From Vermamoeba vermiformis (Eukaryota), in assembly GCA_045837725.1 (NCBI GenBank), contig JBEWZL010000118.1, forward strand, positions 1-64,000: a DNA stretch of 64,000 nucleotides. Direction: 5' to 3'. The notes under the pieces were generated by a model. It searched no databases, was not told the DNA's origin, and was given only the letters and a program-made list of their open reading frames with translations. Of this stretch, positions 38,446 to 49,842 are shown piece by piece. The position numbers and the translations under genes were made by a program. How positions within the stretch are numbered: position 1 is the stretch's first letter; the number at the start of each line of letters is the position of its first letter.

Positions 38446-38750
38446 TGGTGCCATTCCGATTTCGTACAAGCCCGTTTGGTGATCTGATTTGAAGTCGCTT
38501 GAAACCGCAGTATGGTGCTATGATACGTATTTGATGACGTTTTCAAGCTTACAGTAAGCGTGCGAGTGCATTTTTGAGTACGTTTTGATTGACATAATTG
38601 ACGTTGTCTCGCTTCGTGATCTGGTTTAACCGGTTAAATTGCAGCTCATGGTGCAATATAATCTGTTTTGTGCAACATGTACAACAGATCACGTAGCATC
38701 CCATCGTTCGCACGAACTGAGGCTCGTCTTATCTTGAATAGTAGCGTCAG
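38446..38750 (+). ncRNA. Candidate structured, pseudoknotted RNA resembling the 20.4 kb element
   Basis: TGGTGCCAT 38446-54/ATGGTGCTA 38512-20 crossed by GCTTGAAA 38497-504/TTTCAAGC 38541-48; perfect CGTGATCTG 38615-23/CAGATCACG 38685-93; TTGACGTTG 38598-606/TAGCGTCAG 38742-50. Confidence 0.5.
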
Positions 38751-38856
38751 TCGTTTCCGTGGCTATCCTTGATAACTAACGTAATTACGGCCATTATGAT
38801 GGTAATTGAGTTGAATTGGACAATCCAACACTAACCTATTAACGGCTATTGAGTTG

Positions 38857-41625
38857 TCACTTGGTCTTGTTCTTCCGTCTCTCCCTCTCCATGTCTCGAA
38901 GCACATTTCGCTGGATCTTGCCTGTGGTTGTCATAGGCAGCTCTTTGACGAATTCAATTTCGCGCGGGTACTCATATGCTGCGAGGTACTTCTTAACGTG
39001 CTCTTGCAAACTCTTTTTAAGCTCGGCATCCTCGACGGTACCTAATTTAATTCAGTTCGTTAGTTTGGGACCGCGATGAACAGTTATTGCGCTAGCATGC
39101 ATAATAATTGAATACCTGGCTTCAGTACGACGAATGCCTTAACGATTTCTCCGCGGGTTTCGTCGGCTACTCCAATAGCAGCAGAGAGTGCTACGGCTGG
39201 ATGGCGCAGCAAACAATTTTCAATTTCAGAAGGACCTGCGAGTATAGCATAATTAATACGCATTACGTATTACGATGTTTGAGGAGGTTATCGCCTCATT
39301 AGCGATGAAATACCTATCCGATAACCAGAGCATTTAATAACGTCGTCAGATCTGCCCACGAACCAAAAATAGCCTTGTTCGTCCTTCTTTCCTAAGTCGC
39401 CAGTAACTAGCCAATCACCGACGAACTTCTTTTTCGTCGCTTCTTCATTTCTCCAGTATTCCAAAAACATAACCGGATGTGGCCTTTTGACCGCAATGTT
39501 ACCCGATTGTCCTGCTGGCAATACTTTGCCCTGGCATATCATTAGACTATAGTCAGCGTTGCATATATTTTCTTACTTTATCGTCAATAATATCGACAAT
39601 GGCGCCGGGTGTAGGACGGCCAATAGATCCGGGTCGAACATCCATAATCGCCGAGCAATTGCCCAACAACAGGTTAGCCTCTATAACGATAGGTTAGCGC
39701 TTCGTATACTAGATGGCAGTGTAAGGTTGTGCACGTACCAGTTTGTCCATAGAACTCGTTGATGGTCACCCCGAATGTCTTCTTTCCCCAGTCGAGCAAC
39801 TCTTGTCCGAGACTTTCACCACCGCTGCCAATGCTGTACATGAATTTGCTTGGCGGAATGTTGTGTTGTCTCATCAACTTGAGTGCTGTGGGTGGCATGA
39901 ACGCGTGTCTTACTTTGTGTTTCTCCATCAACTCGAAGCTGAAAGTGCATAATGTGAGTCACTATTAGCTATCTAAGTCGCGCTTAACGTACACGAAGTT
40001 CGGGTCGAATTTACGCTTCGATCGATAGGCTAAGACGGGAACACCGTGATGCAGAGAAGGTAACAAGACGTCGATTAAACCGCCTATCCAGGCCCAATCC
40101 GCAGGTGTGTAGAACAACAGCGAGTCATCGTTGTGCTTCGGAAATAGATTGTGAGGGAATTCAACTCCGGGGAGATGTCCCAACAGTACACGATGTGCGT
40201 GAAGGGCGCCTACAAAGCGGGTCAGAAAATTATTTGGAGGTGCTATTAATTGTTTACCTTTTGGAGGACCAGTAGTACCCGAGGTGAATATAATAATGGC
40301 TGGATCTTCGCTCGATGTTTTCATCGTCGTGAATCTGTACGGCATCTCCGTGATCAACTCGTCAAACTTGACGATCAATTTGCCAGCTGCTTTCAATCTA
40401 CGAATATGGACATAAGATAAAGCAAGTTATAATCAAAGCTTACGTCTCCATAGTGCGTCTATTTAATCCCGTGGAGCTGTAATCTGTAACGACAATAGTT
40501 TCCAAATTAGGCAGCTCATGGCTTAGCTCAGCGACTTTTTGCAAGTCCTCAGCGTCAGTTATCAATATTCTGCAGCAAATAGCCATTAGCTCAAAGAAAA
40601 AAAAGAAAAAAGGGCTCGCGGACCTCGCGTACGTACCTAGCCTCGCTGTTATTCAATCTGAATTTGATAGCTTCGTGGCCAAACTGCGTAAACAAAGGGA
40701 TAGCAATGCAGCCTATTTTATACGCTGCGATGTGGGAAATCACTAACGGAGAACTCGATGAGAATATACTCCCAACTTAGTAAAGGATCCGCTCTCACTT
40801 ACCAGTTTGAGGGCTCTGCGTCAATAAAATGCCTATTCTATCTCCTTTTTTAGCGCCATACTTTTCCTGCAGAATGTAGCCCAGTGCATCAGAGTACTAG
40901 CATTAAAAAGTTAGTTCAACGAATTGAGTGGATTGGCGCGGCGTGCGAGGTACCTTCTTTAGTTGATTAAAGTTCAAGTTGATTGTTCTGCCCGACTCAT
41001 CTTCATATATGATGGCTGTATTAGCGCCGTAGCTATATAAAGAAGAATAATTAGCGAATTGAATGTTGCTGAGCTGCTTAGTCTACATGCTCGCGTCCAA
41101 AGTACTTACCCATTCCTGATATGCTTATCACATATATCATCGCCGATATTATAGTACTCGGGAATATCCCACTTGAATGCTGAATAGATATCTTCGTAGC
41201 TTTTGCCTTGTGGTAGAAGCGGGAAGCGTTTGGGAGCTAAAAATAGGCAATATATTAGAAATTATGTTATCGCGTAGTCGATGTGCTGCAAAATGCTCTG
41301 TCTTAGCAATTTGTTAAAGCAAGCTATCAATGCATCTATTTTATTTACCTTGACTTGCCAATTTTCGTCTCCTCTGAGAGCGCAATGAAGCCGAGGGAAC
41401 AGCTATTCTAGAATGATATTTAAAATTAGATTAATATTTTGCCTTGTATGAAAAGATAACAAGATAAAAAGAAATCTGGCCAGATTCGTCCCAAAAGACA
41501 CTAAGGCGGCATCCTATTTACCTCGTGCCCAACACGCGTTTAAATATTCCTATTGCCAATAAATATTAGTCTAAGGCACTGGAATGGTTTTTCTATTGAT
41601 CCGTACTTGACCCAAAAGATAGCAT
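38857..41625 (-). CDS. AMP-binding acyl-CoA synthetase (acetyl/medium-chain type), probable mitochondrial presequence
   Basis: [42 protein letters not shown]...[28 protein letters not shown]; Arg-rich N-terminus starting MLSFGS. Confidence 0.9.
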
Positions 41626-41821
41626 TGCGGCTAAGCAAGAATGATAGCGTCAAGAATATAATATACTGCTATTTAAAATGCGTAATTGTTGTCTCTGTTC
41701 TTGATCTGGTGCGTAAGTGCTAAAACGGTCAAAAAAGATTTTATTACATTTTCTGCTAGAGAGCGACACAAAAGCTTCGTACTTGTACATATACACGCTC
41801 ATTTATTAGTATAACTTGCAA

Positions 41822-42049
41822 ATGTGCCATACCGTCACCGTTGTTTTGGTATCTGCTTTCTTTGGTCTCGTGGCCGCTGCTGGCGCTATTATCTTTGCAA
41901 ACTTCATTGGAGAAGGATTTGATAATCAATTAATATTGTTGATTATTGGCATTGTATTAATGGGCATTGGTGCTGCTGGATTGTTCGTCTTGTTGATGAT
42001 CTGCTGTAGGTTCACTTGTTGCGATAGGTCAACAGCGATAGTCGATTAA
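41822..42049 (+). CDS. Small two-TM membrane protein with Cys-rich juxtamembrane tail
   Basis: Two hydrophobic stretches followed by CCRFTCC; intronless ORF in AT-rich flanks. Confidence 0.65.
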   Translation: MCHTVTVVLVSAFFGLVAAAGAIIFANFIGEGFDNQLILLIIGIVLMGIGAAGLFVLLMICCRFTCCDRSTAIVD

Positions 42050-42280
42050 ACAATGTAAGTACATATTATATAACATATTTATAAAGCGTAAATAATATTT
42101 CATGATTCGGTTGCGAAATTGAAATTATTCGATTTTCGAATCCTCGCAATAAAAAGATTCTGTTTGCAAACTGCGATATTTAAAATAATTTTCGACGTAA
42201 AGATTATTAGAGCCATTACATGACGCTGTTTTATTTATTTACAGGACTAATCAATATTTTATTTTAGATTTAACGAAAAC

Positions 42281-42746
42281 TTGCCTTGTAGTAGTATAGC
42301 TGATTAGAATAAACCATGTAATATATTTCCGCTCCAAACATTCGGTCAACTTTATACTCGACTGAAGACCAGGCACGAGGCCTTTTCGTATCCAATAACG
42401 TGAGTACGTTTACGTTTTTACACCTGAATTACTTTGTTTACGCTCTTCCAATTAAAATCGAAGAAATTGTAGTCTTCAAAATGATACAGAGGCCTAGGCA
42501 ACCATCGTAAAGCGGTCACGAGCGTTGCGTGAAAAACAAGAGATCGTGTTCGTGAACAGATTCAAGTGACACATTTGGCTTATTACCGTAAGACAATATG
42601 CAACCAAGTTACTATGTATGGAGTAGAAGGCACGTGCTTCGTTGAGCATAACTCCTTATTAAGTATATTTATTGTGTGTTCGAAAAAAAGCTTGAAACAG
42701 ATCGCATCTCGCAGCAACGTAAAATGTCGATTGACGGTTACTCGCC
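42281..42746. ncRNA. Candidate large structured RNA (strand uncertain)
   Basis: AGGCCTTT..GTATC 42378-92/GATACAGAGGCCT 42483-95 crossed by TGAAGAC 42363-69/GTCTTCA 42472-78; TTGCCT 42281-86/AGGCAA 42496-501; CGTTGC 42523-28/GCAACG 42714-19. Confidence 0.35.
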
Positions 42747-43366
42747 AAACTAAACTTCGTAATACAATAATAATGTAGTATAGTAAATAGATAGGAGACT
42801 AGTCGGGTCTTCGCGCGTGGTTGTGTATAAATGTTCGTTGTTGGGAGCCAAGTTTTATTGCAAAGTTGAGCCACGAAGCACCAAAGCGAACAAATTGTAT
42901 TTGTTTAATTAGTGGCCAATATTAATATTCATTGTGCGAGGACTTGATCTATTTGCAATAGTTGGAAGGAACGTCTCTTAACTGCCTTCCGAATTGGTGC
43001 TTGTTTCATAAAACTTGTATAAGAAATCGTAATTACAGTTAATAATATTTAAACACGTAAGTAGAAAGTAAATGAACTGGTGCGCGAGGAGATATTAAAT
43101 CTGGATGGATTAACCATAAATTTTTATTTTTTGATTGCTCAATGAGATTAACATCGCATTAATATTCCATAATGTTTTTAGTCCAAATTAATACAGATTT
43201 TAATTGCGGTTAAATTTGGTTTCAGTTTACGACCCAGGCGGTATTTTTCACCAGATTAAAGTTGTAGATCTCCTCGGGCTACAAGCGAGCATCGCCACCA
43301 TATTTTAATTATAATCGTATTATTTATTTATCACCAGAGTACAGGTATTGATTTTGTTTCTGTAGC

Positions 43367-46300
43367 ATGTCGAAATCCGAGTTTATTTTTGGTGCTGACG
43401 GAGACGAGGACGAAGGTAAGCATTTTATACTATTTAAATGACCTATTATCATAAAAAAGAGCTTTGGCGCAAATAAGAATCGATCCCAATAGCGCCAATA
43501 ACACGATCGGCTTTTTAGTAAATTTTTTCTTTTATTCTCGAATAATTGCCATCATTTAGTGCATATTGCTAGTCAGCAAATATAGGCTAATATAATAATA
43601 TTATTATAGATCAAGACGAATTTGTCATTGACGATTCTTTGGACACACTCGATCGCATAAAATTGTACATTAAAAGTGATCTTGTTCTCCACAGGTAAGA
43701 ACCTCCATATAATATTTATAATGGCTCCATATTGAGCATTATATATTCATATTTTTAATTTTGCTACACGGCGGAATGAGCTTCGGCCGAACAATGCCAA
43801 TATTCCATATACCGACAAGATCTGTTCGCCTTGGCTTTAACTTACCTGTTTGACGTCGAGCATTAACCGATTTTTTACCGATAGATTGTATTTGGTGCGC
43901 GATCTGGCCGAAAGTGCTCGAGAGATCGGATTTGAAGCCACAAACGAACATTTATTGCCTATTTTTGATGATTTGAAGCTTGATCCGGAGCCTCCCGTCC
44001 GTCAGGCATTTGTTGAGCAATTGCCAAGCATTTGTCGATTCTTCAAAGAGGTACGTGCTACAAAATTGAATTTCAGTTCGCTATATTTTTAGCATCCTTG
44101 GATCAAATTTAAAAAATATTACAAATTGGTCCTAACGATTTATTAATGCGATTATTGCTATTTTTCAGTTAATTATCTTTTTTGGAGCGAGTAAATCTTT
44201 TCTAACGTGTGCATCCGAATTTAGCAAGGAGATGATGGCTACAGACGATTTCTCGAGAAATTATTGCCTATTGTGGCTACATTTGCTACAGACTTGAACC
44301 CGCAAGTACGTCAATCAGCTATGGAGACCTTGGTCGAGATCGGTCAAATCGTTGAACGAGCAGATCTTGCCCAACACGTGCTGCCAATTGTGCGAAATAT
44401 GGCACGCGATAACAATGAAGAAGAGCACCGCGTACAAGCAGCACAATTGATCAACGAGTTGGCACCTTCACTCGAGGCACCTTTGTTGGACGAATTTGTC
44501 GTGCCGCACGTGCAATTGTTGACCGGTGATCCCATGTTCCGCGTGCGCAAAGCCGTCGCGAGCAACTTGGGCAATGTTTGCACCTCACTGGGCGTCGACA
44601 AGACTTCGGAATTCATCGTAAGTACCGAGCCTTAGACAGGTAGAGTTGTGAACCTGGTGTCTCACGATCTATTTTTAGCTCCCGTTGTTTGTGAAGCTCG
44701 CAAGTGACGAGATCTGGGGTGTGCGCAAAGCGTGTGCTGAGAGCTTGGTGAACATTTCTGAGAACGTCACTGCCGAGAACAGAAAGAAGACTTTGACCTC
44801 CGTGTTCGAGTCTTTGGCTGAAGATGTAAGTCGTCGTGTGATTGGTCATTGCAATTCATGAACGAGGTTTAATTAACGCTAAAAATAGCCTTCACGTTGG
44901 GTCCGTAACGCTGCGTATCAAATCTTGGGTCCGTTCATCGCCACTTTCCCTGGTGTTGACGTAAGTTCTATTATTCGTGAACGAGGTTACTTTCAGTGAA
45001 ATACTTAGTGCTCGGCAGGTGTTCCAAATATGGTATTAACTGGTGAAATTTCAGGTCACTGACTCGTTGCTGGGCTATTACAAAAACATGGCCGAGGACA
45101 GCAAAGACACCAAGTTCACCGACAGCGACAACGTGCTGTACTGCGCCTTCAACTTCCCTGCTGTCTTGCTCACGCTCGGTCGAGGTCGTTGGATCGAACT
45201 GAGCGACCTGTACGCCAAACTGGTCAAAGATCTGCAGTGGAAAGTACGCAGGACTTTGTCGTTCTCTTTGCACGAAGTCGCAAATATTCTTGGTACTGAA
45301 CTCACCGAGGAGCATTTGCTGAGCACTTTTGAATTGTTCTTGAAGGATCTTGATGAAGTAAGTAACCTCGATCTCAAAAATTTTATTTTTATTTTTTTTC
45401 TATTTATCTGAACTATTGGAATATACTTATTAATGCTCTGCGGTGATGGTATTAATTTTAAATAATTTTTAGGTCAAGGTTGGAATTATTGCTCATTTGA
45501 CTCAGTTCTTTGGCGTCTTGTCTCAAAAGAGCCGCGAACAGTATCTGTATATTTTGACTGAAATTCAAAAAGACAGCGTCAACTGGCGATTCAGGAAGTT
45601 AATAGCGAAGTAAGTCTTATTCAATCAAGTCGAAAATTAAATTTCAGATCTGTTCGATCTCGCGAAACTAATCGAAATTTTTCTCGTTAACAGACAAATG
45701 GGAGAGTTAAGCGAACTGTATTTAAATAGCATCAACAACAATAACACCAACACTAATGCCGAAACACCTAAACCAAGCGAAAACAAAGAAAAGACCGAGG
45801 AAGACGAGATCCGCGAAATTGAAAAGAGTTTGATGCCTCAAGCACTGCCTCCGGGTGATGTTATCGTCTCTGTCACTTTGGCTCTACTTCACGACTCTGT
45901 TGCTGCGGTTAGAAAGGCTTTGCTTAAAGGAGTAAGTCAAAATTTTAATCCAAGATCCGCTCTTTTTTTTAGGATAAAATTCTTAAAAAAGGGTCCCCCT
46001 AAGATTCTAGCGAGTTATTTGACTCGTATTAACGACTATTACATTAGATTGGTAAAATTATAAATATTGTGGATAAACTGCCCGAGAAGAGGAAGGTATT
46101 CTTGGACGAAATTAAATCATTGGTCGACAGCAATGTTTATCAGACGAGGCAAATGTAAGTACTTATTGCATTCATTATTATGCACCATATTAGATGATAT
46201 TCAATTCCTCTGGCATCATATTTTAATTCTATCGAAATTTTTCGATCCGCTTTAAAACGACGGATCTGCATCAAACCGACAAACCTTTATTGACCTTGCA

Positions 46301-46733
46301 CTACAATAGGTATGGAACTATTGCCGAGCACTCTGTAACGCACGTGTCGGCCGAATTATTCGAAGCAGAGTTGTTGCCCTTATTGTTGGAGAAGGCGATG
46401 GTCGATCCAGTTCCGAACGTCCGAATTACTGCTGCTCGCGCGATGAAAAAATTATCCGAGCATGGTAAGTGCTTCAAGGAGAATACTAGCACTAGAGTAT
46501 GAGCTAATTTTCATGAATTAGAACCGTTTTCAAAGAACAGTAAAGTCATGGATGCGGTCGAGACACTCAAAAAGGACAAAGATCGCGACGTCATCTTTTA
46601 TTCTGGCGGTGATCCTCCTCCACGAGGTCGACCAATTGATGAGCCTTTGTTACCTGAGGAGGTGAGTTGAAATGGAAAAATGTTTACGCTTTGACTTTTA
46701 TTGACCGAATTCTCGCAGCGAAACTCAAAGTGA
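43367..46733 (+). CDS. PPP4R1: Protein phosphatase 4 regulatory subunit 1-like HEAT-repeat protein
   Basis: DPEPPVRQAFVEQL, DPMFRVRKAVASN, DEIWGVRKACAE, CAFNFPAVLLTLGRGRW...DLQWKVRRTLSFSLHEVANILG, DPVPNVR. Confidence 0.85.
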
Positions 46734-46800
46734 CAAGACTAAACGGAATTTAAAACAAAACGACAATTCGTGTAGTAAGTGCAATAAAACAAACGTTAAA

Positions 46801-46961
46801 CTCGAGCTTGGTTTATCAAGGGATTTACCGATCAACGACACGCATCAAAGGACATGCCACAGGGTGTGTAGAACTATTCCTTTCCGTGTGTCTCGGGCAG
46901 CTAATGGGAATTCAAAGCGACTGGTCTTAGACCAGTGGCTGGCTTTGAATGTTGAATAGCT
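46801..46961 (+). ncRNA. Candidate two-domain structured RNA between convergent genes
   Basis: GACACGC 46837-43/GTGTGTC 46886-92; AAAGGA/TCCTTT; CATGCC/GGTGTG; perfect ATTCAAAGC 46910-18/GCTTTGAAT 46942-50 enclosing ACTGGTC-TTA-GACCAGT; G-U pairs on +. Confidence 0.45.
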
Positions 46962-47030
46962 AGGTCGTGACTGTGCCAGAAACTTCCAAAACAGGTCGTG
47001 CCTTTTCTGAACTACGGCCATTTTCGATGC

Positions 47031-49673
47031 TTATTTCGCTAGTACATCTCGCACAAGCTTGATATGTTCGAACGGAATAATATCGAATTGGCTTAAATGA
47101 ACGAAGAAAGCATTGAACTCCTCCGTGTTTCGTGAAGTGGTGCCGTGCTGATGCCTGTCCCAGTGATAGTGCAAGAGAGATGCAACGGCATTGCACAGCG
47201 AAGGTATGATACGTCGTGCGAGACTAGCAGCAGTGAGCGGCCAAGAGTGAGGCACAGCGTGTTGAATAGTTACGTCGTCTGGATGGATCCAAATGTCTGC
47301 GAGATAGGCCTGAAAGGGATGCGTCCGTTTCTGAGTTTTGTTGGTCCATTGCTTTGGCTTGTACGGCGAGTCACGCCCAAACCAAGCACCTCCCTTGCAG
47401 AAGGTGTGTACTGCAAAGTTGTCGTCGTAAGTGTCTTGGTACCACAGCGATTTGATCAGGGGCATAAGAATTAAGTTCAATAGTCTGCGGGTGAACTGAT
47501 GAATGAGTCCAATTGGCGACTTCTTTCTTTGCTTTTTTGGTATTTGCAGTCTGAATGGACTTGGGTTCGGAGTAATGCTGCCCCACATATTGCCCGTGAA
47601 ATTCCATTCGTGATCACTAACAACATACTTCGCATTGCCCTCTGCGCGTTCAATGCGACTCCGAAGCTGTTGATAGTCCGGCACTGCCATATCTAGCTGC
47701 CGAATTAACTTGTCGCTGAAACTTTGAACGAGCCTCATGAAGTCGGAAACTTCATTGTGTTGCACATTCAAAGCTCGAAAAAGTGCAGAACTTTGGCCAT
47801 CGATTGTGGCATCCACATCTAATAAACATTGTTGTTGAATATTAATCGTTCTATTCCATTGAAATTCATGAAAGAATCGTGGCCTCGGCAAGTTGTGTGT
47901 AAGATTAGTCGCTGATTCAGCCGTGTTTGCTGCTATAATATCTTTGACCATTGATCGTGCTCTGTCGATCGCCTCTTCAATAGTCGTAACGTGAAACCAA
48001 TCAAACACGTGAGAAATATAATCCATGGGACCTCCAGCGTAATATGATTTCCAAACAAATATGCCACTAATTGAGTTCTCTCCAACCAACCGAAATATCA
48101 CGTGATAGATCACGTAGTCGTTAACGTACAAACAGAAATTGATGACTGTGTAGGGTTCGTTGATCCATTTGCTAACTTTTTGTGTACCAACGCAGTAATT
48201 TGGACCAACGGACTTGAAGTGCCAGAGAAGAGTTGCTAGCTCAGGGTACGTTTTGTAGAGCTCATCTATGAAGTTCCGATGAGATTTCAAGTACGCCCGG
48301 TCATTGTTCTTTCGTTTGAGTGCTGCAGATGTCCAGTACCAGGCACGCGTGATGTACTCCCAAAAAGTCGTTGATACGGTAGCGCTCTTATTGTCATATA
48401 AATAAGCTCCATAAGTCATGTCCGAAATTTCCAACAATTCGCTGGGAACGCACAGCGCTTGCGAGCAATAAAAAGTGCGCCAGAATGAGCTGCTGCCGAT
48501 AAATTTGCAAAAATACGAACTCGTTGTTCTAAACGTGAGAATTGCTGGCAGATCCGTCAAGTTCAAAATTGATTGAAGGATCTCCGTAGGCATGTCAGCT
48601 AAGTAATTGAATCCTCCATCGCTTTCATGCCAACAGTGGCTGATTTCAGGGACTAAATTGACTGCAATAGATCGTTCTCGGCTCAGTGCCTTTTGTTCTC
48701 GATTTCTTGCGGTGCAAGTCAGTCGCATGTTAGCGAAATATTCGAGCGTTGTATTCTCGTCTAACATTTCTTCCAAAATGCGTGGCTCGGCAGCGAAATC
48801 TGGTGGCTAATTAATAATGCAAATAAAGATACGTGTTATGCAAGACTTACTTCCCAAAGGCAGATCTACTTTTCTCATCGGCATTTTTGCGATGTAGCTG
48901 ATCCATTCGACAATCAAATCGTCCGGCGTCTCCGAATAATCTGACCGTGATATTAGTTTCTATGAGCGATAATTCACATTTATATGTACCTCCAATTCGC
49001 AGAACATCGAGCTCGATGCAATGAATTTTTAATGTCGATAATAATGTTCGTTGCAGGTTTGCGTCAAGAGAGAAATCTAATACCAACTTCTTTATGTTCG
49101 GATAAGCCACCAATAATTCATTGACTTGACTGAGCAGTCGAGTGCTATCCTCTGGCGAGAAACTGCCGCCTCGGATGCCGAATCCTTCGAGCTTAATGTT
49201 TCGCACTATTAGAGCATTGATAACACGTACTAATGGTTCGATAATATCGGATGGTAGGTCCGTATGGTACGGGTAACGAATGTAAAGGTGTGATAAGGAG
49301 CTGTTACGCAGAAGGTTCTCACACAACAGATCGAGTAACTCTGTTTGTTGGGCAGGATTCAATTTATCTGAAATTTCTATAGTGGCATTAATAGATATTA
49401 CTAAGATTTATGCGCGCATACCTAGCTCTAAATATTGAACATTGTCCGATTTGGCCACTCCGTCAATTAACTTAAAATTATGGGTGAAGCTGGGCCAGCC
49501 CTGCACTTTTTGAGCACTATATTAATACGCTAAATATTCTAATAATTAAAAAATTATTTAAAATTACCATTTGTTTTCCATTTCGTTCGTGTATTAATGA
49601 AATAATCAGCTAATGCTTCATCATTGACCGTGACTTTGTCAAAGTCTATCCAGCCGTAGGCGCCAAACTCCAT
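47031..49673 (-). CDS. RNI-like LRR region, internal F-box and large unknown C-terminal domain
   Basis: LLRNSSLSHLYI, IKKLVLDF, LDENTTLEYF (RNI-like LRR); F-box LADMPTEILQSILNLTDLPAILTFRTTSSYF; long last exon (ORF 47031-48776). Confidence 0.7.
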
Positions 49674-49842
49674 GGTAGCGTTGTCGGTAAACAGAAATAA
49701 TCGAGATCGATCCAAGAAAGCCCAACCCAAAATCTTGCAGGAGGCAATTCCACCAATAATCCAAGAATTAAATACCTACGTCAGTTAACTCGAGCGTGTT
49801 GGTTCTCAACCGTTTATTTACACAACACAAATTGGGTTCTTT

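Noticed and set aside
41544-41590. ATATTCCTA and AAACCAT (U17/snR30 m1 and m2 motifs)
   Set aside because: They are on opposite strands and overlap the first intron and second exon of the acyl-CoA synthetase gene
42362-42368. CTGAAGA as a hammerhead ribozyme core
   Set aside because: No stem II followed by GAAA
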